Source: Bacillota bacterium (lineage in GTDB: Bacteria > Bacillota > Dethiobacteria > DTU022). Taken from it: a stretch of 64,000 nt of DNA. The position numbers were made by a program, and so were the translations under genes. The stretch covers positions 21,821 to 85,820 of the forward strand of contig JAXHVH010000004.1 of NCBI GenBank assembly GCA_034189085.1, in the 5' to 3' direction. Of this stretch, positions 28,763 through 39,348 are shown one piece after another; the first letter of the stretch is position 1; each line of letters opens with the position of its first letter. The notes beneath the pieces were generated by a model. That model ran no database searches. It was given only the letters and a program-made list of their open reading frames with translations, and had not been told where the DNA came from.

Positions 28763-29572
28763 ATGGACAAGTTGATTATTACAGCTGCTTTAACCGGAGC
28801 CGAGGTTACACGTGAGCATAATCAAAATCTGCCCATCACCCCGGAAGAAATAGCTGCAGAAGCATATCGTTGCTGTCAGGCCGGTGCTTCACTAATTCAC
28901 CTGCACGTGCGTAATGAAGACGAAACACCGACCCAGTCAAGAGAAGTTTATCAGGAAACAATCTCTTTAATAAAAGAAAAGTGTGGCCTAATTGTTCAGG
29001 TTTCCACCGGCGGAGCGGTGGGAATGAGCGCTGAAGAGCGCCTGCAGCCGATCTATCTTAAACCGGAAATGGCCACCCTTTCCACCGGGTCTGTCAACTT
29101 TGGTGACGATGTTTTTATCAATCCTCCCGCTTACCTGGAAAAGTTTGCCCGGGTGATGCAGGAGCACAATGTTAAACCGGAGATTGAAGTGTTTGAGGTT
29201 GGGATGATCAGCAATGCCTTGCAGCTGGCTAAAAAAGGGCTGCTTTCCGAGCCACTCCATTTTGATTTCGTGATGGGCGTGCCTGGTGGTATTCCCGCTT
29301 CGCTCAAAAATTTGCTTCACCTTGTGGAAAGTATTCCATCAGGGAGCACCTGGACTGTAGCCGGTATGGGGCGGCATGAACTGCCGCTGGGTACTGCGGC
29401 TATCATCCTTGGCGGTCATGTTAGGGTCGGTTTTGAGGACAATGTTTTTTATGAAAAAGGAGTTCTAGCTGAAAGCAATGCCCAGCTGGTTGAGCGGATT
29501 GCCCGGGTAGCCGCTATTCACAGCCGCCCTGTTGCTGAGCCTGATGAAGCGAGGCTAATTTTAGGTTTGTAG
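28763..29572 (+). CDS. kce: 3-keto-5-aminohexanoate cleavage enzyme (BKACE/DUF849 family)
   Basis: 269 aa. The N-terminus MDKLIITAALTGAE...HLHVR is typical of the DUF849 TIM-barrel. Confidence 0.7.
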   Translation: MDKLIITAALTGAEVTREHNQNLPITPEEIAAEAYRCCQAGASLIHLHVRNEDETPTQSREVYQETISLIKEKCGLIVQVSTGGAVGMSAEERLQPIYLKPEMATLSTGSVNFGDDVFINPPAYLEKFARVMQEHNVKPEIEVFEVGMISNALQLAKKGLLSEPLHFDFVMGVPGGIPASLKNLLHLVESIPSGSTWTVAGMGRHELPLGTAAIILGGHVRVGFEDNVFYEKGVLAESNAQLVERIARVAAIHSRPVAEPDEARLILGL

Positions 29573-29712
29573 TGTGCCAGGGAGACGGAGCATTTGGCAC
29601 GTTCATTCTGAGAAGATATAACACTTCGTCAGGAAGGCGAAAATCTGACACAGTGATTTTGCGAAAGCGTGCCCTGAGGATTGATTTCCGGCACGCTTAT
29701 TTCCTGAAAGAA

Positions 29713-30663
29713 TTATTTACCGGCCCGGGTTCCCGACAGGTGTCCCTGGCAGGTGCTGCGTTTTCTCAGTTCTTCCAGGGTCATGGCTGCGATTTGCCCC
29801 GGGCTTTCCGGCCATCCGGGGGCGATGAGCATTTCTTTTTCAGCAACCTGCCCGGCCAGGCGCTGGACTACAATATCCGGCGAAAGTCTCTCCAGGCAGT
29901 TGCAGAGCAGCGGAACATAAGCCTTTGCGTTTTCGAAGACTGCCACTTTTCCTTTTTCATATTCATTGGCCAGCGGTGTGTGCCTGATCACCTGCAGATG
30001 GTGAAATTTAACTCCATTTACTCGGCAGCGATTTAAGAAGGCAATCGTATCATACATCATCTCTTCAGTTTCACCGGGCAAGCCAAGGATAATGTGAGCA
30101 CAGGTATAAATGCCTCTGCCCATGGTCCTTAAAACAGCATCGGCAAATGCGGAGGCGTCATGACCGCGGTTGATCCTCTTAAGGGTGCTGTCATGGGCTG
30201 ACTGGAGCCCGTATTCGATCCAGAGGAGGTGAAGGCGGTGGGCATAGTCTTCCAGCAGGTCCAGGATCTCATCGGGGACACAGTCTGGCCGGGTGGCAAT
30301 ACTCAAGCCGATCACGTCTTTGTCCATCAGGGCCTGGTCGTAAATTTTTTTCAATTCTGCTGCCGGGGCATAAGTATTGGTGTAAGATTGGAAATAAGCA
30401 ATGTAGAAGGCTTTTTTTGATTTTTTTTTGCCGGCAGCCAGCTGTTCAGCAATAGACATTTTCTGTTTCTTTCCGCTGAAGGGGGCAAAAGAGGGATTGT
30501 AGCAGTAAGTGCATCCTCCGTTGCCAATGGTGCCGTCACGGTTGGGACAGGAAAAACCGGCATCAAGGGGAATCTTGTAGACGGGATGCCCGAACTTTTC
30601 CCTGAAAAAGCTGCTCAGGCGGTAATACCAGCCCGGCTCATCCCGGCGGGGAAGATTATTCAT
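29713..30663 (-). CDS. Radical SAM protein, TIGR01212 (YhcC-like) family
   Basis: [16 protein letters not shown] is the family-specific Cys motif. About 316 aa. Confidence 0.7.
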   Translation of the reverse strand: MNNLPRRDEPGWYYRLSSFFREKFGHPVYKIPLDAGFSCPNRDGTIGNGGCTYCYNPSFAPFSGKKQKMSIAEQLAAGKKKSKKAFYIAYFQSYTNTYAPAAELKKIYDQALMDKDVIGLSIATRPDCVPDEILDLLEDYAHRLHLLWIEYGLQSAHDSTLKRINRGHDASAFADAVLRTMGRGIYTCAHIILGLPGETEEMMYDTIAFLNRCRVNGVKFHHLQVIRHTPLANEYEKGKVAVFENAKAYVPLLCNCLERLSPDIVVQRLAGQVAEKEMLIAPGWPESPGQIAAMTLEELRKRSTCQGHLSGTRAGK

Positions 30664-32596
30664 TGTTTTTACCTTCTTCCGCCCTTCCTTTTATAGCATT
30701 CAGGGCATCCGGCCGGTCAAGGTAAAGCAGGAGGACCGAGAGGTCAGCCGGCGATACCCCCTCCATGCGGCTGACCTGGCCGACAGTGGTGGGGCGCACT
30801 TCTTCCAATTTTTGGCGAGCTTCGCGGGAGAGATTGATTGCTTTTTTATAATCAAAATCGGGCGGGATTGGTTTGTCGTGCAGACGTTCCGTTTTGGCAA
30901 TCATCTGTTCCTGCTTGGCGATGTACCCGGCGTATTTGATCTGGTTTTCCAGCTCGTTTAACGTTCCAGGTGGCAGATCACTGGGAATTGTTTTCCCAAG
31001 CCACCGGCGGTATTCAAGGTAACTGATTTCCGGTCTCCTGATCAGTTCCAGGGCACTGAGCGGATGTTTTGGTGCTGCCGAACTATGGGCAGTCAAAAAT
31101 TCTTCCACGGGGCCACCCGGGTTATACCTGGTTTTCTCCAGGGCAGCCAGTTCAGTTTCGATGAAATCTTTTTTAACCTGATAAAGCCGGTAGTGTTCAT
31201 CGTCAACCAGGCCGATCTCCCTGCCTTTTTCAGTTAAGCGCAGATCGGCATTATCCTGACGCAGCAGGAGGCGGTGTTCCGCCCTTGAGGTGAACAGGCG
31301 GTAAGGTTCATTTACTCCTTTGGTGACGAGGTCGTCAATCAATACGCCAATATAGGCTTCACTTCTTTTTAGGACTAATGGTTCCTCATCCCTCAGGAGA
31401 TGAACGGCATTGATGCCGGCTATCAGGCCCTGGGCGGCTGCTTCTTCATAGCCGGTTGTTCCGTTAATTTGACCGGCAAGGAAAAGTCCGCTTACAGCCT
31501 TGGTCTCGAGGGAAATTTTCAGCTGAATCGGAGGAGCATAATCGTATTCGATAGCATATGCCGGGCGCATTATTTCAACCTTTTCGAGGCCTTTGATTGT
31601 TTGCAGAAAGGCCAGCTGAACATGCGGGGGCAGCCCTGTGGATATGCCCTGCAGGTAGAGCTCGTCTGTGTCGGCTCCTTCCGGTTCGATAAAGACAGGG
31701 TGTCGGTCATGGTCGGCAAAGCGGACGATTTTATCTTCGATTGACGGACAGTATCGGGGGCCGTGTCCCTTGATCAGTCCGCTGTAAATGGGCGCTACTG
31801 AAAAGTTGCTGCGGATTACTTCGTGAGTCTTGCTGTTGGTATAGGTCATCCAGCAGGGAATTTGTTCGGTCGGGACATTGCTGCCGAGCATTGAAAAACC
31901 GGGAGCTTCCGGTTCTCCAGGCACCAGGATCAGCTCTGAAAAGTCAATGCTGCGCCGGTAAACCCGCGGAGGGGTCCCTGTTTTAAAACGGTTCAGGGTG
32001 ATACCCAGACTTTGCAGGTTTTTGCCCAGGTTGAAAGATGGTGTAATGCTGCCGGGGGCAGCTGTGTAATGCAGGTCACCCAGAAAAATCTCTGCGGCCA
32101 TGTAAACCCCGGAGCAAACGATAGCTGTTCTGCAGGGATAACGGGCGCCGCTGCGGCCTATAACTTCTTCGATACAGCCGTTTTTCACGCTGATTTCTTC
32201 GGCCATGTCCTCGCGGATAGTCAGCAGCGGTTCTTTTTCCAGGGCCAGTCGCATGGTGCGCTGGTAATCCCATTTATCAATTTGAGCCCTCAGGGCCTGC
32301 ACTGCCGGTCCCTTACCGGTATTGAGCAGGCGGATCTGGAGCAGGTTCTGATCGGCAGCCCTGGCCATTTCCCCGCCCAGGGCATCAATTTCCCTTATCA
32401 GGTGGCCTTTGCCGGGTCCGCCCAGAGAGGGGTTGCAGGCCATGAAGGAAATCATGTCGAGGCTTAGATTTAAAAGTAAAGTTCGACAGCCCAGCCGGGC
32501 AGCAGCCAGTGCCGCTTCACAGCCTGCATGGCCGGCACCGATTACCACGACATCATAAATATCTTCAGAAACATTGTTTCCGCGGAGAATGTACAT
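30656..32596 (-). CDS. mnmG: tRNA uridine-5-carboxymethylaminomethyl modification enzyme MnmG (GidA)
   Basis: 646 aa. The N-terminus [23 protein letters not shown]...CNPSLGG...[13 protein letters not shown] is diagnostic. Confidence 0.85.
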   Translation of the reverse strand: MYILRGNNVSEDIYDVVVIGAGHAGCEAALAAARLGCRTLLLNLSLDMISFMACNPSLGGPGKGHLIREIDALGGEMARAADQNLLQIRLLNTGKGPAVQALRAQIDKWDYQRTMRLALEKEPLLTIREDMAEEISVKNGCIEEVIGRSGARYPCRTAIVCSGVYMAAEIFLGDLHYTAAPGSITPSFNLGKNLQSLGITLNRFKTGTPPRVYRRSIDFSELILVPGEPEAPGFSMLGSNVPTEQIPCWMTYTNSKTHEVIRSNFSVAPIYSGLIKGHGPRYCPSIEDKIVRFADHDRHPVFIEPEGADTDELYLQGISTGLPPHVQLAFLQTIKGLEKVEIMRPAYAIEYDYAPPIQLKISLETKAVSGLFLAGQINGTTGYEEAAAQGLIAGINAVHLLRDEEPLVLKRSEAYIGVLIDDLVTKGVNEPYRLFTSRAEHRLLLRQDNADLRLTEKGREIGLVDDEHYRLYQVKKDFIETELAALEKTRYNPGGPVEEFLTAHSSAAPKHPLSALELIRRPEISYLEYRRWLGKTIPSDLPPGTLNELENQIKYAGYIAKQEQMIAKTERLHDKPIPPDFDYKKAINLSREARQKLEEVRPTTVGQVSRMEGVSPADLSVLLLYLDRPDALNAIKGRAEEGKNNE

Positions 32597-32611
32597 TTTC
32601 CCATCTCCTGC

Positions 32612-34273
32612 CTAATATTCATAGCTGCGGGCAATGGGCATGCGCCTGCCGATGCCGAAAGCACGGGTGGTGATCCGCAGCCCCGGCGCTGCCTGACGCC
32701 TTTTAAATTCAGCCCGGTCAACCATGCGAATTACCCGTTCTACCGTTGACGGTTCGAACCCTTTACGGGTAATTGCAGTGGGGGAAAGATTGTCCTCAAT
32801 GTAATAGTGGAGGATTGGATCAAGAATATTGTAAGGAGGAAGTGAATCCTCGTCTTTTTGATGGGGGCGCAGCTCGGCCGAAGGGGGTTTGTTGATAATA
32901 TTCCGGGGAATGATCTCCTGCCCTTTCATTTGATTAAAATAATCGGCCAGTTCATAGACCATTATCTTGGGCAGGTCGGCAATGACCGCCAGCCCACCGG
33001 ACATATCACCGTAGAGAGTGCAGTAGCCGACAGCCAGTTCCGACTTGTTACCGGTAGCCAGGACCATGTAATGCTCCCGGTTGGAGATATGCATCAAAAT
33101 ATTGCCGCGGATCCGGGCCTGAAGGTTTTCTTCAGCCAGATCCATGTGAGCTTCTTCTTCCTGATTCAAAAGGCTCAGATATGCTTTAAAAGGTCCTTCA
33201 ATGGGCACTTTGCGGTAAGGAATACCCAGGTTCTCGGCCAGATCAACAGCATCTCTGACACTGTGATCGGAAGAGTACGGCGAGGGCATGAGGATACCAA
33301 GAACATTTTCCGGGCCCAGTGCTTCCCTGGCCAGAGCGGCAACCACTGCTGAATCAATACCGCCGCTTAGACCGAGAACAACCCTGGAAAAGCCGGTTTT
33401 TGTGACATAATCTTTAACGCCAAGACATAAAGTTTTAAAAACCTCCGCAATGTCGTCCTGCCCTGGAAGCTGCTTGATGTCGGCAGGTCGGAAAAGATCG
33501 TCGGTTTCCACGTAAAAAAGGTCTTCTTCATAAGATGCAGCTCTGTAAATTAATTCACCCCTGCTATTGTAAACAAGGCTGGAGCCATCGAAAACAAGTT
33601 CATCATTTCCCCCTACCTGGTTTAGGTAGATTATGCCAGCCCGGTATTTTCGGGCCAAAAAAGTCAGCAATTTTTCACGCAGGGCATGTTTTCCCAGGTG
33701 ATAGGGAGATGCGGACAGGTTGATAAGCATCCGGGCTCCCTGGGCAAATAATTTTTCCAGGGGGTCTGTATCGTATATTGGCTCGGAGAAAAAATCCCGA
33801 TCATTCCAGATATCTTCACAAATAGCAACAGCTGTAGGCTTTCCGGCCAGGGAGGCGATGTCCAGTTTGTCCGCGCGGGTAAAATATCTTTCCTCGTCGA
33901 AAACATCGTAATTGGGGAGAAGAGTTTTCTTATGGACCGATTTTATCATCCCCCTCTCCAGAACGAGCGCCGCATTGTAGAGCCGGCCATTTTCCCTGTG
34001 TGAAGTTCCTATCAGGATAGGTGGCCTGCCCTCTGCTGTCAGGGGAAGAAGTTCAGTGGTGATCAATTCTCGTTCTCTGTTGATGAAGCCGTTATAAAGC
34101 AAAAGGTCCTTGGGAGGATACCCGCTTAATGCCAGCTCAGTGAAGACAACCAGATCTGCCCCTTCTCCTTCGCCACGCCGGTAGCAAGTTTTTACTTTTT
34201 CCAGGTTTTTAGAAAGAGCTCCAATGGTCGGGTTAATTTGAGCCAGTGCGATTCGCAAATTTGTTCTCTCCAA
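32612..34273 (-). CDS. nadE: Glutamine-dependent NAD+ synthetase
   Basis: N-terminal CN-hydrolase domain (LRIALAQIN...) plus a C-terminal NAD synthetase PP-loop VVLGLSGGIDSAVVAALA. The called start is TTG. An alternative TTG at 34255 carries a GGAGAG RBS. Confidence 0.85.
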   Translation of the reverse strand: MERTNLRIALAQINPTIGALSKNLEKVKTCYRRGEGEGADLVVFTELALSGYPPKDLLLYNGFINRERELITTELLPLTAEGRPPILIGTSHRENGRLYNAALVLERGMIKSVHKKTLLPNYDVFDEERYFTRADKLDIASLAGKPTAVAICEDIWNDRDFFSEPIYDTDPLEKLFAQGARMLINLSASPYHLGKHALREKLLTFLARKYRAGIIYLNQVGGNDELVFDGSSLVYNSRGELIYRAASYEEDLFYVETDDLFRPADIKQLPGQDDIAEVFKTLCLGVKDYVTKTGFSRVVLGLSGGIDSAVVAALAREALGPENVLGILMPSPYSSDHSVRDAVDLAENLGIPYRKVPIEGPFKAYLSLLNQEEEAHMDLAEENLQARIRGNILMHISNREHYMVLATGNKSELAVGYCTLYGDMSGGLAVIADLPKIMVYELADYFNQMKGQEIIPRNIINKPPSAELRPHQKDEDSLPPYNILDPILHYYIEDNLSPTAITRKGFEPSTVERVIRMVDRAEFKRRQAAPGLRITTRAFGIGRRMPIARSYEY

Positions 34274-34275
34274 AC

Positions 34276-34314
34276 AAACCGCTCACGGGAAAGCGACTTT
34301 CCCGTGAGCGGTTT
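34276..34314. repeat. Perfect 17-bp inverted repeat (hairpin, 5-nt loop) abutting nadE start
   Basis: AAACCGCTCACGGGAAA gcgac TTTCCCGTGAGCGGTTT. No convincing U-tract on either strand. Confidence 0.8.
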
Positions 34315-34609
34315 CCCTTTATAAAATCTCAACTTTCCGTCTGCATTATAATAAAGGGAGGAAACAAAGTCAAGGTAGACATGGCCATCGATCATTTCCC
34401 CGGTAAGATTCCGCTACGAATGATCCGCCGCCCCATCGTTAATATTTTAAACAGGTTAATTAGATCAAGTTCATAATAAACATGAGCCTTGCAGAGTGCC
34501 GATGGCCGATGGTTATTGAAAATGAAGTTATCAAGGGAAGCGGTTATGATGGATTCGGTGGAGGTCTTTAAAAAGCGATAAGTATTGTTTTTTTGCAGGT
34601 TATTACCGT

Positions 34610-35527
34610 TCAGCGCGGGTCGATATGGACCACAGTTTCACCATGAAAACGCTGGTTAATGTTATCTTCGACCAGGTGGGCAATAATATGTGCTTCATTC
34701 AAGGGCATATTTTGATTCACTTCAATGTGCAGGGTAATTATTTTTTTTGCACCGTAATCATGGATTTCAAGGTCGTGAATGTTGATCACACCGGAGATAT
34801 TCCGGGCACATTCTACTACTTCTTCCTGCAGTTCTTCAGGAGGAGCGCTGCCCAGCAGCAGGCTGGTTGAATTGCGGGCAATTCTGAAGCCGGTGTAAAT
34901 GATAAAACAGGCGATTACAAAACCAAAATAGGGGTCAAGAGAGGGTATCCCCAGGATGTTGCCTGCCAGAGCTATTAAAACCAGCAGGGACGAGAGGGAA
35001 TCGCTGCGGTGATGCCAGGCATCGCCAACCAGGGCTTCCGATTTTATAAGATGGCCCAGTTTGATGGAAAAATGGTAGAGAAATTCCTTGATGAGAATGG
35101 TTCCAACTACGGCGACAACAGCGGCTATGCTGGGGCTGGCATAAATGCCGCCGGTCAAACGTGTATAAGAGCTGTAGGCAAAAATGACTCCGGCCCCCAT
35201 CAGCATAATGGCTACAATCAGGCCGGCCATATATTCACTGCGTCCGTGCCCGTGAGGATGTTCATGGTCAGGTTTGCGGCTGGCAATAGCAAAACCGATT
35301 ATTATGACCGCTGAGGACAAAACATCAGATAAACTGTGCACAGCATCGGCAATCAGAGCAATACTGTTGGTGAGCAGGCCGAAAATTGCCTTGATTAAAG
35401 CAATAAAAATGTTGGCGGCAATGCTGGTCCAGCTTTCGATCTGAGCAATTCTTCTTCTCTCTCCCGGTAGGTTAAGATCTCTATCAGCAACCAGATTTTG
35501 GGTTAATCGATTAATCAGGTATTTCAC
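34610..35527 (-). CDS. Cation diffusion facilitator family transporter (CzcD-like)
   Basis: Six TM helices, HSLSDVLSS...DHEHPHGHGR, and a C-terminal cytoplasmic domain. Confidence 0.8.
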   Translation of the reverse strand: MKYLINRLTQNLVADRDLNLPGERRRIAQIESWTSIAANIFIALIKAIFGLLTNSIALIADAVHSLSDVLSSAVIIIGFAIASRKPDHEHPHGHGRSEYMAGLIVAIMLMGAGVIFAYSSYTRLTGGIYASPSIAAVVAVVGTILIKEFLYHFSIKLGHLIKSEALVGDAWHHRSDSLSSLLVLIALAGNILGIPSLDPYFGFVIACFIIYTGFRIARNSTSLLLGSAPPEELQEEVVECARNISGVINIHDLEIHDYGAKKIITLHIEVNQNMPLNEAHIIAHLVEDNINQRFHGETVVHIDPR

Positions 35528-35968
35528 TGTATAATCCTCCGGTTTGATTTTTATCTTTCACTCCACATTATAGCACAAGCAGTCTATCCCCTTTGCTTCT
35601 TTCCTCTGTGAATTATACCGGCTTCCAGTTATCCCGGCGTTGACAGCTCATCTGCCGAGGGGGCATGGTTGAATAGAAGACAGATACTCATTATGATAAT
35701 GGAATCCTTGGCTTTGCTAAGCAGCCCGTTTGTTGCGAATATAAGTTTATTATGGCATAATAATTAAGAAAGATATTACAGGCGGTCCAGCACCGATGGA
35801 ATTTATTTCCGCTAAAGGGCCGGATTTACATCACTGCCTGAAGACAAACAGGGTCCCGTAAAAAATCCAATCAGGTCCAACCTGAGTGATCAATATGGGA
35901 TTTTTAGATTTTTATTTTATTGCACCGGGAGGAGGTGAACGGCCTGGCTAAGGAGGCAGGCTGGCTGA

Positions 35969-37492
35969 TTGAGCGAAAGAGGAGTAATTGTTCAGAAACC
36001 CTATGCTCGTTTAAGTCCTGAAGAGATTGAAACGATCGACAGGGCTTCCATGGCCATTTTAAAAAATCCCGGGATCCTCTGCTATCACGAGGAAAGTGTG
36101 TCACTTCTGGAAAAAGCCGGGGCTCAGGCCAGGGCTACCCGGGAAGGCGAGCATAATGCCTGGTGGGTAAGTATACCGGAGAATGTGATCAGGGAAGCGC
36201 TTGAATCGGTTCCATCCAGGGTTGTTCTCGGTGCTCGTGATCCGGAAAACAGGGTGGTCCTTGACGCTGAAGGATACAGGGTGCATTTTGGAACCGGATC
36301 GGAAACCAATTACTGGCTGGAAGTAAAACCGGAAACATTTCAGTCAAAAGTGGACAGCCATGAAAGGGTGTTCCCCTTAATGGAGAAAAAGAGGGGCAAT
36401 GTTGAATATCTGTGCCGCTCGGCCAATCTTGCCGAACAGCTTGAGAATCTTGATTTTTTTATCCGTAATGTTAATGTCCAGGACGATGATATAACTATCG
36501 ACAACAAAGACGTCAATGTGTTTTTTGCTTCCCTCGACCATATTACAAAGCCGGTAATTGGCGGAATAGCCGAGTTCGAAAGGCTGAATGATGTAGTCAG
36601 GATGGCGGAAATAATCGTTGGAGGAAAAGAGGAACTGGTCGAAAACCCGGTTGTTTCCTTCATTACCAGTGTTATTAAGAGCCCTCTCCAGGTGGTGGCT
36701 GAAACTGCCGAAAAGTTGATCGCCATAGCCAGGTTGAAACTACCAGTGGTAATTTCCACTTCACCCCAGGGGGGCTCTACAGCTCCCATCGACGACATGG
36801 GCATGGTTGCCCAGGTAAATGCGGAGGCCTTGGTCGGCATAACCATTAACCAGCTGGCCAACCCCGGTGCGCCCGTTATTTACGGCGCTGTACCGGTCAG
36901 GGCAAGGATGGATGATCTGAATGATATGTATGGAGTACCTGAATTTTGTCATTATAATATAGCCTGTGCCCAGATGGCCCGCCATTACAGGGTACCCTGT
37001 TATTCCACGGCTGGAGTTGGCGATGCCAGGGTCCCCGGTATTCAAGCGTCTGTAGAAAAAACCTTTACTCATACCGTGGTTCCCATGGCTGCACCGGGAC
37101 TGGTCCATTATTCCTTTGGCCTGCTGGATAAAACCCAGATTTTCTGTCCGGAACAGGCTTTGCTGGACAACCAGCAGATCGGGATGGCTAAATTTCTCTA
37201 CCGTGAAAGCGGGATCAATGATGAGAGAATTGAAAAAACCAGGGTAATGGTGGAAGAAGTAATGCATAGCCCCTACCGGATGTATGCCCGCTATGCTCGG
37301 AAAATGTTGAGGCGGGGTGAAATTTTCCCCGGGTTTCCCTTTGAAGGAGAAAGTGAAGACCAGGATCAAACTCTTCTGCTGGCCCATGAAAAATTTCAGG
37401 AGCTTGAAAAAAACGAACCCAGGCATTTGCCTCCTGAGGTAAGGGATAAAATATTTAAAGAAATACCGGGATTGCTGCCACGCCTGAAGTAA
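35969..37492 (+). CDS. MttB-superfamily non-pyrrolysine methyltransferase (quaternary amine:corrinoid methyltransferase candidate)
   Basis: 507 aa, no in-frame stop. Family motifs are present (GTGSE, PVVISTSPQGGSTAP, NAEALVGIT). TTG start with AAGGAGG upstream. A corrinoid protein gene lies 62 nt downstream. Confidence 0.8.
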   Translation: MSERGVIVQKPYARLSPEEIETIDRASMAILKNPGILCYHEESVSLLEKAGAQARATREGEHNAWWVSIPENVIREALESVPSRVVLGARDPENRVVLDAEGYRVHFGTGSETNYWLEVKPETFQSKVDSHERVFPLMEKKRGNVEYLCRSANLAEQLENLDFFIRNVNVQDDDITIDNKDVNVFFASLDHITKPVIGGIAEFERLNDVVRMAEIIVGGKEELVENPVVSFITSVIKSPLQVVAETAEKLIAIARLKLPVVISTSPQGGSTAPIDDMGMVAQVNAEALVGITINQLANPGAPVIYGAVPVRARMDDLNDMYGVPEFCHYNIACAQMARHYRVPCYSTAGVGDARVPGIQASVEKTFTHTVVPMAAPGLVHYSFGLLDKTQIFCPEQALLDNQQIGMAKFLYRESGINDERIEKTRVMVEEVMHSPYRMYARYARKMLRRGEIFPGFPFEGESEDQDQTLLLAHEKFQELEKNEPRHLPPEVRDKIFKEIPGLLPRLK

Positions 37493-37554
37493 TGAAAACG
37501 CGACCCTGCGTACTAACTTAATAACTTATTGCTTTTCTGCCACGGGAGGGGAAT

Positions 37555-38244
37555 TTGATGGAGGAAAATTTAATCGGGAGAATAGCCGAGAATGTTTTAC
37601 AGGGACGCCGCAACAGGGATGATGAAGGAATAGAGGAAGATTATACTGGAGAGCCGGGGGTTGCTGAACTGGTTAAAGAAGCGCTAAAGAGCGGTGTTCC
37701 CACTGATAAAATTTTGCTTGAAGGTCTGAGCGCCGGGATGGAGAAAGTTGGTCAAAAATATGAAACCGGCGAGTATTTCATTCCCGATATGCTGACGGCT
37801 GCTGAAGCGGTAGAAGCGGGCATGGCCATTATGGAGCCTCACCTGATCAAAGATGGAGTGAAAGAAGTAAAAGGTAAGGTGGTCATGGCTACGGTGGAGA
37901 AGGATCTTCATGATATAGGGAAGAATCTGGTTTCTATAATGCTGAAAGGGGCCGGATTTACGGTCGTTGATCTCGGAGTTGATGTCCCGGCCGATAGAAT
38001 TGTCGAAGTGGCAGAAGAAGAAGGAGCCGGCTTGATTGGTCTCTCAGCTCTTTTGAATACGACTATGACAGGTATGGGAAAAGTGATTGCCAGACTGGAG
38101 CAGAAGGAATTGCGTAAAAAAATTAAAGTTATGATCGGCGGGGCTCCTACTTCGGAAGATTATGCCCGTGAAATCGGGGCCGATGCTTATGGGAAAGATG
38201 CTTTTGCCGCCATCCGCGAGGCTGAAGCATTGCTTAAAAAGTAG
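37555..38244 (+). CDS. Corrinoid (cobalamin-binding) protein, MtgC/MttC-like
   Basis: N-terminal helical cap plus a B12-binding Rossmann domain with the DxHxxG motif (DLHDIGK). Confidence 0.8.
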   Translation: MMEENLIGRIAENVLQGRRNRDDEGIEEDYTGEPGVAELVKEALKSGVPTDKILLEGLSAGMEKVGQKYETGEYFIPDMLTAAEAVEAGMAIMEPHLIKDGVKEVKGKVVMATVEKDLHDIGKNLVSIMLKGAGFTVVDLGVDVPADRIVEVAEEEGAGLIGLSALLNTTMTGMGKVIARLEQKELRKKIKVMIGGAPTSEDYAREIGADAYGKDAFAAIREAEALLKK

Positions 38245-38736
38245 ATTCTTGAAATGACGGGAGAAGGCGTTTTTCAGCCTGAAGAGGATTTATTGGCCGT
38301 ATTTATGTCCTAAATGCTGATTACATGTAAATAACGTTCAATTTACGGTATTTTGCGAATTTACTGTTATAATTAATATTTGTGTCTCTACTCTGGTTAT
38401 GAAATAATAACTATAGTTTGCAGTTACAATTAAAAGAACATTTAAACTGAATATATGTAAAGCTGGTTGTACTGCCTGCACATTTCATTTTCATCAACGA
38501 ACACTTCAAAAAAAACTGTCGCCTGAAGTTTATCACATTTTGATCAGGATTAGTTTATCTTAATTTAATATTAACCAATTATTGACAAGGAGGGTGAGTG
38601 CTTATCAATGATCCAACCAGTGAGTAATGTTATTGATTTTGCCAGATCGCTTGGTGCAGAATTTTTATTCTCAAATGAAATTCAGATCCTCTCTATCTTC
38701 AGCAGGGTCGTTGTTTACCTGCAGAGGAGAGGCGAG

Positions 38737-39348
38737 ATGGTCTGGGAGTTGTTGCTGGAGCATCTGTGGCTGGTCATAATATCGGTTGTCATTGCTGTGG
38801 TCGTGTCCGTGGTTGTGGGTGTTCTAATAAGTTATTATTCCAACGCGGCCTTAACCGTATTGACTGTCTGTCAGATTTTGATGACCATTCCCAGCATGGC
38901 CATGCTGGGTTTTATGGTTCCCCTGTTTGGCATCGGTTTTACCACAGGAGTTGTTGCCTTGATTCTTTACAGCCTGTTGCCCATTGTGCGTAATACTTAT
39001 ACGGGAATTAAAGAAATCAGCCCGGCGGTGGTTGAATCGGCTATCGGCATGGGAATGACTGAATGGAGGATACTGACAAAGATTAAACTGCCCCTGGCCA
39101 GGCCGGTTATCATGGCCGGAATTCGAACCGCTACAGTTATGATCACCGGTATTGCCGCTATTGCCGCCTACGTTGGGGCAGGAGGTCTCGGTGAGCTGAT
39201 TTTCCAGGGGATTTCCCGTTCCAGTGAACCGATGATTATTGTCGGGGCTCTCGGGGTTTCCATTATTGCCCTGGCTTTTGATTTTATCCTGTCCTGGGGT
39301 GAACAGCGGCTGGCTGCAATTGGTAAAACCAGGGAGGTAGAAGGATGA
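38737..39348 (+). CDS. Glycine betaine/choline-type ABC transporter permease (OpuCB-like)
   Basis: ELLLEHLWLV...QTIPSMAMLGF parallels the OpuCB N-terminus. GAGGAGAGG lies upstream of the ATG at 38737. The ORF-track start at 38608 is an alternative. Confidence 0.75.
   Translation: MVWELLLEHLWLVIISVVIAVVVSVVVGVLISYYSNAALTVLTVCQILMTIPSMAMLGFMVPLFGIGFTTGVVALILYSLLPIVRNTYTGIKEISPAVVESAIGMGMTEWRILTKIKLPLARPVIMAGIRTATVMITGIAAIAAYVGAGGLGELIFQGISRSSEPMIIVGALGVSIIALAFDFILSWGEQRLAAIGKTREVEG

Noticed and set aside
25952-29572. Alternative reading of kdd/kce cluster as a carnitine-to-glycine-betaine (dehydrocarnitine cleavage) pathway feeding the MttB enzymes
   Set aside because: BKACE enzymes can cleave dehydrocarnitine. 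But the dehydrogenase here matches the 3,5-diaminohexanoate dehydrogenase pattern rather than a 3-hydroxyacyl-CoA-type carnitine dehydrogenase, and a Kal-like lyase is present. Lysine fermentation is therefore the better fit.
30656-32596. Whether the 646-aa flavoprotein is TrmFO rather than MnmG
   Set aside because: Its length and the N-terminal motifs, including [13 protein letters not shown], match MnmG. TrmFO is about 435 aa.
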